Assembly: GCA_002269645.1 (NCBI GenBank) | Contig: NIVC01001702.1 | Coordinates: 1-40,658 of the forward strand | DNA from: Macrostomum lignano | Lineage: Eukaryota | Direction of reading: 5' to 3' | DNA: 40,658 nucleotides | Part shown: piece by piece, positions 28,042-37,900 of the stretch | Layout of the letters: each line of letters opens with the position of its first letter | Numbering within the stretch: position 1 is the stretch's first letter | Position numbers and translations under genes: made by a program | Notes under the pieces: model-generated | The model's database searches: none | The model's input: the letters and a program-made list of their open reading frames with translations, nothing else | What the model was told of the DNA's origin: nothing

Positions 28042-29049
28042 CTAGGCCACAAAGATGGACAGCCTGTCCGCTCGCTGGACATCCGTATTCCAGTGACCAG
28101 TCGAGCTAGTCGTGAACAGAATCCTTGGCGCAGCGGTGAAGTTGCCCTTGGCAAAGTCGCAGACGTCGTCAGTGTCCATCACCATTAGCACTCCAGCGTC
28201 AGTTGAGCAAACACCGCCGTAGTTGTAGTTGATGAAAAATCTGCGCTCGTGGCTCCATCCAGATCTAGTGGACACGTGACCAGCCACGGCAAAATAGTTG
28301 AACTTCCTGTTGGCAATGTCAACTACGGGCCAGCTCGATTTGAGACCATCTGGCGCGAACCAGTTCTGCAGCGTGAGTCCTGGCTTGGAAGCGTCAAAAG
28401 TCAGCCGGATAACTGGAGTGTTTGACTTGTAAACGATCACGCGAAACTCCCGTATGTGTAGATGGTTCTTCAATTCGTTCAAATTGTCCAACGCATCCGA
28501 TCGGAACACATTCGGCTGTCCAGCAGCTGAGTTCTCACTCTCCACCGATAGGACGTGCTCATTGCCAGATGCCGTAACGAAAGAGTTCCAGGCTTTGTGG
28601 CCAACTCCAGCTTTGATGGTGAAGACCAGGTGATGAGGCACGGTTGGAGCATCGGGTGTCCGACACGGGAGCCAGGACTTCAGCAGTTCCACGGACGGCT
28701 TTGTTAGGCACTTTAGAGGGCACTCGCTAGTTAGAAGGTGACAATCTCCCGAGCTAACATTTGAAAGGATTTGACCGACGGCCCCAATTTTTTCAGATTC
28801 AATTTCTTTCTGCAGTTTTGTTATCCAACAGAGGTGTTTGGGTATTGCCGTCTTGGCAGGCAGGCTGTTCAAGCAATCAGGGCAGGCTTTGAGTTCTTGA
28901 ACTTCAAAGCATGACTCCGTCAGAGCCGGGGGCCAGCCAGAGATTAACAAAATAATCGAAGATACAACTTTAACTATCTGATACATGATTATCCAGGTGA
29001 GAGTGTTTCCAAAAACAGGTTTAGCTGCAGTTGGAAATTGGCTTTGCAT
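28042..29049 (-). CDS. Intronless 335-aa uncharacterised, probably secreted Cys-rich protein
   Basis: Uninterrupted non-repetitive 1008-nt ORF. Hydrophobic signal-like stretch from Met22 (28986). Cys-rich N-terminal region. The C-terminal half (WFAP...FNYFAVAG...RRFFINYNYGGVCSTDAGVLMV...ADRLSIFV) resembles, from memory, an unnamed invertebrate extracellular domain. Confidence 0.8.
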   Translation of the reverse strand: MQSQFPTAAKPVFGNTLTWIIMYQIVKVVSSIILLISGWPPALTESCFEVQELKACPDCLNSLPAKTAIPKHLCWITKLQKEIESEKIGAVGQILSNVSSGDCHLLTSECPLKCLTKPSVELLKSWLPCRTPDAPTVPHHLVFTIKAGVGHKAWNSFVTASGNEHVLSVESENSAAGQPNVFRSDALDNLNELKNHLHIREFRVIVYKSNTPVIRLTFDASKPGLTLQNWFAPDGLKSSWPVVDIANRKFNYFAVAGHVSTRSGWSHERRFFINYNYGGVCSTDAGVLMVMDTDDVCDFAKGNFTAAPRILFTTSSTGHWNTDVQRADRLSIFVA

Positions 29050-29167
29050 TTACAGTGTGTATGACAGGCGTTTGACTTCAGATAGCTCTTACTGTAAAAT
29101 AGCTTCCATTGGCTAAGAAAAACACCGTATTTTTTGCAGCGTAGACAAGACTTCAGAGCCAAGAACT

Positions 29168-29767
29168 GAACTCCCTGGGGTTTTAGCTCTGGGGATTCAA
29201 CACTCCCCGAGGTTTTAGCTCTGGGGATTTAACACTCCCTGAGGTTTTAGCTCTGGGGATTCAACACTCCCCGAGGTTTTAGCTCTGGGGATTCAACACT
29301 CCCCGAGGTTTTAGCTCTGGGGATTCAACACTCCCTGAGGTTTTAGCTCTGGGGATTCAACACTCCCTGAGGTTTTAGCTCTGGGGATTCAACACTCCCT
29401 GAGGTTTTAGCTCTGGGGATTCAACACTCCCTGAGGTTTTAGCTCTGGGGATTCAACACTCCCTGAGGTTTTAGCTCTGGGGATTCAACACTCCCTGAGG
29501 TTTTAGCTCTGGGGATTCAACACTCCCTGAGGTTTTAGCCCTCCCGATTCAACACCCACAATGAGCTAGTTTAGCCCTCCCGATTTAACACCCACAATGA
29601 GCTAGTTTAGCCCTCCAGATTTAAAACCCACCATGAGGTTTTGGCCCTCCCGATTCAACACCCACAATGAGCTAGTTTAGCCCTCCAGATTCAAAACTCA
29701 CCATGAGGTTTTGGCCCTCCCGATTCAACACCCACAATGAGCTAGTTTAGCCCTCCCGATTCAACAC
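29168..29767. repeat. 32-bp minisatellite (gaggttttagctctggggattcaacactccct) grading into 34-36-bp related units
   Basis: About 11 plus 6 units. Confidence 0.93.
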
Positions 29768-30379
29768 ATCCGCCGCTAATAAACAGCGCACTTCTAGCGG
29801 AGGATTTTACTCGTTAGACCTCACACCTTGCAGTTGTGATCTTTCTCCATATGCGAGCTGCTGCATCACTCCTAAATTTCTTCAGTCGACAGTCAGTAAT
29901 TCAACAGCTGCTGTTATTTGAAGCGTGGCGTGCTGCTCTAGTGTAGCTGCTTTTGACTCAAACAAAAAAATGAAAAAACATTGTTTTTCAAGACCGATCT
30001 CTCATGCAGTTGATACTTTCCCAACCAGCAAAAGCTTAGAGTCAGAGTTTTAATGTTGCCAGAAGACAATTAAAAACTCTTCTTTTAATCCGTTGCGCAG
30101 CCTTTAAACAGAGACTTGGATTCTACACGTTTGTGTAGAAGGCGCTTAGGTGGTCTAAGCAAAACTGTTTACAGAATTCTGTGCAGAAAATTCTCCGCAT
30201 CAGTAGTTGGGAGCGGCACCAAATAAGGAAATTTAAAAATTTCTGCGTGGGTAGAAATAAAGGAAGAGAGAGGTGAGGCGAGCAAAAAGAGAAAATAAGG
30301 GGAGAGGAGAAGACAGAGGCGAGAGGAGGATAGTGGGAAGAGCAGAGGGGAAAGGAGGGGGGTGAGGGAGGGTGAGAGA

Positions 30380-30660
30380 GGGAGAGCAGAGGCGGGGGAA
30401 GAGGGAGAGAGGGAATGGGAGAGCAGAGGCGGGGGAAGAGGGAGAGAGGGAATGGGAGAGCAGAGGCGGGGGAAGAGGGAGAGAGGGAATGGGAGAGCAG
30501 AGGCGGGGGAAGAGGGAGAGAGGGAATGGGAGAGCAGAGGCGGGGGAAGAGGGAGAGAGGGAATGGGAGAGCAGAGGCGGGGGAGAGGGAGAGAGGGAAT
30601 GGGAGAGCAGAGGCGGGGGGAGAGGGAGAGAGGGAATGGGAGAGCAGAGGAGGGGGAGAG
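30380..30660. repeat. 37-bp purine-rich minisatellite (agagggagagagggaatgggagagcagaggcggggga), ~7.5 copies
   Basis: Seen directly. Confidence 0.95.
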
Positions 30661-31224
30661 TAGGTTGACATTAAAACAAACCTCATTTCCCTTAAATTAG
30701 TCACCAGAACCGAGAAAATAGTTTCAGGTGAGAAAATACTTTAAAAGATAGTATAAAACAATTAAAAAAAGAACACCATAGCAAAATAAAAATATCATTG
30801 AAATTGTTTTGCAAGTCGATATACCTCGCGTTCCTAAAATATTGATATTAATATTCAATAGCAGGACCAAAAGACATACGCTCGTAACTAAAGTTATATT
30901 ACTCGTAAATTGATTAAGCATAGACAAGTTAAAACTGCTCTGTAAGAGAATACAGGACAAAAAATCTGTTTAAAAAAGCAGATGTTAAATTCATAGTAGA
31001 ATTGAGCAAGCAATAAATGCCTATCATGTGACAGCAAAACACAGCAATATGTCTGCGTTTTGTTACTTATAGTACGAATACAAAAGCATCGAAAACTAAA
31101 TCTATTTTGAAGTTTTACAATACAAAAAATATAAATGTAGCAAAATTATTTAGACTCTTGCTTGCTAGAATAAAATACCGATTGTGGTTTAACTATAATT
31201 TCGGTTCGATAGAATTCCGATAGA

Positions 31225-31695
31225 AGTGAAATTCTATTGAGATTCCATGGGGTAGAATTGAGATTCCATGGGGAGAATTGAGATTCCATGGGGTAGAATT
31301 GAGATTCCATGGGGTAGAATTGAGATTCCATGGGGTAGAATTGAGATTCCATGGGGTAGAATTGAGATTCCATGGGGAGAATTGAGATTCCATGGGGTAG
31401 AATTGAGATTCCATGGGGTAGAATTGAGATTCCATGGGGTAGAATTGAGATTCCATGGGGTAGAATTGAGATTCTATGGGGTAGAATTGAGATTCCATGG
31501 GGTAGAATTGAGATTCCATGGGGTAGAATTGAGATTCCATGGGGTAGAATTGAGATTCTATGGGGTAGAATTGAGATTCCATGGGGTAGAATTGAGATTC
31601 TATGGGGTAGAATTGAGATTCCATGGGGTAGAATTGAGATTCTATGGGGTAAAATTGAGATTCCATGGGGTAGAATTGAGATTCCATGGGATAAA
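31225..31695. repeat. 21-bp minisatellite (gggtagaattgagattccatg), ~22 copies
   Basis: Tandem units starting about 100 nt after the TTLL4 stop. Confidence 0.97.
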
Positions 31696-31795
31696 ATTGC
31701 CTCAGAGCTGGTTGTGCGGCGATGTCACCGTAGACGTTTTGCCGGAGCGGCAATTATTTTCTACCTGTAAAAAAATCCAGTCACGTGACTATCGC

Positions 31796-31916
31796 TCAGC
31801 GCAGACCCGCTGGCGGGCTCCACAGTTGTCTGTCGGTCGTATCCGAGGACTTGTGCAACCCCGCACGGCAGCCGGCAACCAGCAAGTTGATGCCTTCTTT
31901 TCCAGCGTGGCCGTAC
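31796..31916 (-). CDS. TTLL4: TTLL4 terminal coding exon ([21 protein letters not shown]..., TGA)
   Basis: Matches YHGNKLKGVDLL...CYKGFH; atgcag| acceptor. Confidence 0.8.
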
Positions 31917-34900
31917 CTGCATGGTTGTTTGGTTTAAAACAAAATAGAAAATAAAAAACGGCCCTTTTTGGGCACTTGTAAAGTATCAGATACTACTGTC
32001 TCATCTGTAGTTTCAATGATTAAGCTAAATATTCTGACTAAAACGGCCCTTTTTGAGCACTTGGAAAATATCAGATACTACTGTCTCATCCGTAGTTTCA
32101 ATGATTAAGCTAAATATTCTGACTAAAACGGCCCTTTTTGGGCACTTGGAAAATTTCAGACACTACTGTCTCATTTGTAGTTTTAATGATTAGGCTAAAT
32201 AAAATATTTTGACTAAAACGGCTCTTTCTGGGCACTTGGAAAATATCAGATACTACTGTCTCATTTGTGGTTTCAATGATTAGGCTAAATATTCGAAATA
32301 AAACGGCTATTTCTGGGCACTTGGAAAATTTTAGATGCTACTGTCTGTTTTGTAGGTTTAATGATTAAGCTAAATATTTTTATGAAAACGGCCCTTTTCA
32401 GGCACAAAGACTGTCGAGATTCAACAATCCCTTATAAGAGTACACAGTTGGCAATAACGTAACACGTGAACTTTTGTTTATCAAGTGTCTTGAGTACAGC
32501 CTACTTAACCTGAGCCAAGTCAACAAATACCTGCTGACGAAGGCGTGCAGCAGCAGGCTGGAGTAGCTCGGCCTCCCGCCGCAGCAGGACAGGCACCGGA
32601 GCCCCAGATCTCCGCCAGCCGGTGCCAGCCTCTCGAAACCGCCGCGTCGTTGATATTCGTCGACTGCGCGCGTCAGACAGCGAAGGTCGCGCGGCGTCAG
32701 CGGACCGTCTAGCAGGCGTGGCAGGCGCCGGCGCCAGCTGGGCGCGCAAAAGAAGGCGCGTTTTGCGCGCTCGTCGTCGGCAAGGCGAGAAGATGAATGG
32801 CTGGGCGATGAGGGCGGCGCGGCTGCCACGGTTCTGGGGGCGCCGCTGGTCGAGGGTCTTCCAGTTGGTGGCAGGCCTGCGAATACAATGAGAATCGCCT
32901 TTACCCAAATGAGAATCGCCTTTACCAAAATGAGAATCGCCTCTTCCCAAATGAGAATCGCCTCTACCCAAATGAGAATCGCCTTTACCAAAATGAGAAT
33001 CGCCTTTACCCAAATGAGAATCGCCTCTACCCAAATGAGAATCGCCTCAACCAAAATGAGAATCGCCTCTACCCAAATGAGAATCGCCTCAACCAAAATG
33101 AGAATCGCCTCAACCAAAATGAGAATCGCCTCTACCCAAATGAGAATCGCGTCTACCGAAATGAGAATCGCCTCTTCCCAAATGAGAATCGCCTTTACCA
33201 AAATGAGAATCGCCACTACCAAAATGAGAATCGCCTCTACCCAAATGAGAATCGCCTCTACCAAAATGAGAATCGCCTCTACCCAAATGAGAATCGCCTC
33301 TACCCTGGAAATGAGAATCGCCTCTACCAAAATGAGAATCGCCTCTGCCCAAATGAGAATCGCCACTACCCAAATGAGAATCGCCTCAACCAAAATGAGA
33401 ATTGTCTCAACCAAAATGAGAATCGCCTCAACCAAAATGAGAATCGCCTCTACCAAAATGAGAATCGCCTCTACCCAAATGAGAATCGCCTTTACCAAAA
33501 TGAGAATCGCCTCTACCAAAATGAGAATCGCCTCTACCCAAATGAGAATCGCCTCTACCAAAATGAGAATCTCCTCTACCCAAATGAGAATCGCCTCAAC
33601 AAAAATGAGAATCACCTCTACCAAAATAAGAATCGCCTTTACCAAAATGAGAATCGCCACTACCAAAATGAGAATCGCCTCTACCCAAATGAGAATCTCC
33701 TCTACCCAAATGAGAATCGCCTCTACCCAAATGAGAATCGCCTCTTCCCAAATGAGAATCGCCTCTACCCTGGAAATGAGAATCGCCTCAACCAAAATGA
33801 GAATCGCGACTACCAAAATGAGAATCGCCTTTACCAAAATGAGAATCGCCACTACCAAAATGAGAATCGCCTCTACCCAAATGAGAATCTCCTCTACCCA
33901 AATGAGAATCGCCTCTACCCAAATGAGAATCGCCTCAACCAAAATGAGAATCGCGACTACCAAAATGAGAATCGCCTTTACCAAAATGAGAATCGCCACT
34001 ACCAAAATGAGAATCGCCTCTACCCAAATGAGAATCTCCTCTACCCAAATGAGAATCGCCTCTACCCAAATGAGAATCGCCTCAACCAAAATGAGAATCG
34101 CCTCAACCAAAATGAGAATCGCCTCAACCAAAATGAGAATCGCCACTACCAAAATGAGAATCGCCCTTGTCAAAGAGAGAATCGTCCTAACTTAGGCAGA
34201 TCGTCCAGACACATTTAACTGCAAGCAGAATTGCAGTAGCCACCCACCAATGTCCAACTCGGCAGCAGGTCCAGCAGGTGACTTCTCTTTGCCGCCGCTG
34301 CCGCCTTCATCGCTGTCATAGTCGTCGCTGTCGAAGCTGCTGAGCTCCGGGTCCTGCGCGCCTGGCGGCAGTCGGAACCCGGCGAGCCGCAACGCGTCCG
34401 CAATGACCGCATCCTTGATGCGGTTGTCCAGCTGTGTATCCGTGTTCAACGAAGGCGACACATTCACCTGGCGATGTGAAAGGGCGTCGAAATGGTTCAG
34501 CAAAAAGCGGTGGTCAAATGTACTTATTTTGAGGATGGGGCTTATGGGTCTTGTAACTTTTGGGAGGGCCTGTGTAGAGTGTTCTACCTTCCTCAAAAAA
34601 GTGATAAAATTGTTAACGCGCTACTTACATAGTAGTAAGACAAGTAGCATGTATAAGAATAAGCGTTGAACCATATATATTTTTTAATCAACCAATCAAA
34701 AGAGAGAAAACTCGGGCATGTTATTTTTAGCAACCCACCAATCATGCGTGACCTACATTTGTCAGTTCAAACCCCACCTACAATTCATCATTCGGCTTGC
34801 ACCCGGATGAACCAATCAAAGGTATCTAAAAATAGCTCAGCTACGGTAACCAATCACGCGCGCTTACACTAGACTAGTTGCTTAACTTTCTACCCTGTCC

Positions 34901-37900
34901 GGCATGACAGCAACCAAGGCGTGACCTTTTGACATTTACGAAAAAGTGATGGACTACCTCGAGAGAGGTCCATTTGCCTATAAATACAAGTGGTCCGAAG
35001 TGGACCAGGAGCCAACTCCCGACGACTGGAGGAGCTCCGAAGAGGAAGCTTTAGGAAGACTTCCTAATCACCTAGTCAATCGAGACTCGGTCGAGTTGTT
35101 GCGGTAAGCCTTGATCATTTGCGCCCGTTGTTTGAGTCGACTCACTATTGTGATAGTGTTAGAGTCTATTGAGACTCTTGAGTCCATTTGTGACTCCATT
35201 GGCCGTAGTCGCCCGAAGGACTACCCGGAGCAATACCTAGAGTGCAGGGAGGCACTACTAGAAGGAGAAGGCTTTAGTGAAACCGCAGTTCGGCGTAGGG
35301 TACCCATTGTTGATACGAGGCCTCTGATTGGTCCTGACTGCAGACACCGGCCGGAAACAACTTCAGCGGAAGCAAAAGAAGATACAGGACCAGATCGACC
35401 GATTCTAGACGTCTACACTTCCTGAAGGACAGGAACGCAACAGATTGCGAGAACAACTCATTGGACGAAAACTACAAGGAGATCTCTCAAACCGGACTCA
35501 AGGTAACATATACCTTCATTTGATAACTGGGTTGCCTAGCAAAGTAGCTAGAAGTGATTGTTCCTTGATTACTAAGTAGGTCTTGGTAGTAAGGAACACA
35601 TCGCCTGAGTAAAATCGGTGTCACCTAACGCTTGAGAGAAGCCTGTTCAAACCCACCAAAAGGGGAACTGTTTTAATGGGAGCATTGCCAATTGACCTAT
35701 AACATTATCAACCTTTATTGCTGGCAGTCAATTGTCGTAGAATTGACTTCTGACAATAAAGCAATTAGAGAGCCAGATAAATACGCTTGTAGAAACACAT
35801 ACGAGATACGAAAGTCATAAGTTTCATACTGGAGTTACTTGGTTACTTGCTTGTCTCCGCTGTCTACTAAGAACCTTGCGCTCGTACGAATTACGAGTAT
35901 CTCCCTTTTAAAATCCTAAACACAAAATAAACTGAACTTAAGGTGACGTTAAAGAAATACTAAGGCTCGTTCACACCGCCATCAAATGAGGTCAAATTTC
36001 GTGTGGTGACACAACTTGTACATCAAATTCGATTCCTTTGTACGTACAATGGTCGTGGGCTTTGATTGCTCATTTGATGGCAGTGTGAATGAGCCTTAAC
36101 TCTCTTTGATCGTCCGGAACTTTACACTCTGCGCCTTGAAAGGTTGATGCTTATGGGTGTCAATTTCGCGAACGCCAAATTAATGTGACGTAACGGCATT
36201 CTGGCGCAGGAATCGGACTAATTGCACCTAGAATTTACGTAACTAACGTTTATTTACGAAATTTAATGTACCACGTCTATAGTAGAAATGATTTTGCTAG
36301 CATATTTGAACAGTCAATTTAATTCAAATAGCCAACCTCAAGCAGCCAGGGCCGCAGGTCTTCATCCAACAGTATGTCAAATCCGAATAGTTCGTGAGCG
36401 CAGCAGGACCGTCTGCAGAGCAGACGCACCTGATTGGCTATGTGAGCCTGGCCGCTGAGCAGAGCTTTGAGCACAACCAGTTTCACAGATTCCCACACAG
36501 CCAGAGGGTTACGACCCTCTGAACGCAGCCTAGTCCACAGTGCCTGTAGGCTCCATTTGTGACCCGAACCGTCCTGCTGTGATGGTCGATAGGTTCGACT
36601 GTGCTTGTTAACGCTGTAGTTCGTCAGGTGAGCGAATCGATTGCCAGGATCTGATGCGTCATATTGAGAACTGGCGAAACGGACCAGACCCTGCGGAATG
36701 GTACGCTTGTATTGAAAATTGGAAGGTTTACACCGTAAAGACCGTAAAGTACGAGTAATGTATAATCAGAAACATTGAAAAGTCGCCACTCGAGAAAACT
36801 GATCGGGCAGCTTTAATCCGTCCAACCCTCACACACCGCTCCCCCACTTCATTCCTCAACTAAGTCTATCGCAGCGTCACTAAGTTGCGTCACTGGCAAA
36901 GATTGAGAGACTTTACTTGCACTCTCAAAAGTGGCGACCACAGACGGAATCTTCTATGATGGCGACTTTTCGATGCTGCTGAGCACATAAGCATAAGTTT
37001 GGCATATACATAGATGTGAAGTTTTAAAGCCCTATTAGCTTACCAACTCGTGCACGTAGGCTCTCAACGGGTCAAATGAGGTCACATAGACGTACACCCT
37101 CAGATCGAATTTATTGCCGTCGATAAGATAGGGACGATTAATGTATTCCTGCAGTTTGAGCAATGAAAAATGTTTTTGAAGCCATAATTAAAGCAAAGAT
37201 GCAAATTCTTTGACTCCTATATCATTACATGCAAACTTACAACTCGTTTAAAATTTGATGTGCCTTTATTTCTACGAGCTCTAGCTAATTAATAAATTAT
37301 GGTTGCATGGTTGGATATTTTAGTTGGATCAATTAATTTTAAAATTCAAGTCGTCACAACTGATACAACGGTAACTACTAGTGGTCCTTGTATCTCTCTG
37401 CATCTTTGCCTATCTAACCTGCGCATCTCTATCTCGTTTCTGATTGGCTGTGGTTTTCTCTCCGTCTCTACTCTCTCTCCCGGGATCACGCTCACGAAGG
37501 CGCATTAGTATGCCTGTGAAGTATGAGACAGGCTAGGCCTATGGGCCTATGACCTTCACATGTCACGGTTGCTTTGCCAGGCACTGTTTCCTCTGAGGCG
37601 TCCACCGGAGCGAACTCTGCCTCTTCTGCAACCTCGAAAATGAAGATGCCAAGCACTTCATCTGCTACTGTCCGGCCTTCAATCGAGACTGGCTCCACTA
37701 CCTCGGACCCAACCCGTCCCTGGACGACGCCTGCCGGCCCGAGAACATCCCACGGCTCATCCGGTTCCTCCGGGCTACCAAACGAGCCTCCGTTTTCCCC
37801 GGCGAAGACAACGCTGCAGACAGGACCGGCAGACCTCCCTGACCGCCCCCCGCGCCCTAGCCTATGCGGGCTCTTCAGGGATTAGCGGAATGGGCGACGC

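Noticed and set aside
24998-29767. 31- and 32-bp repeats with weak internal dyads, of CRISPR-like length
   Set aside because: Head-to-tail with no spacers, no cas genes, eukaryotic context.
31700-31765. Possible extra TTLL4 terminal exon after ttttttacag|
   Set aside because: No phase-0 donor before the stop at 31796; unresolved without cDNA.
31779-31790. agtcacgtgact (E-box/CLEAR-like) just after the TTLL4 stop
   Set aside because: 12-bp palindromes are expected several times by chance, and this is not a promoter position.
31193-34195. MESQFYP, WGRIEIP and MRIASTQ long ORFs
   Set aside because: 21-bp units are stop-free in some frames. Only 32876-32531 of the 591-aa ORF is supported as exon.
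36732-36742. ccgtaaagac, like the start of the Macrostomum spliced leader as I recall it
   Set aside because: Only 10 nt match; no donor or Sm-site context.
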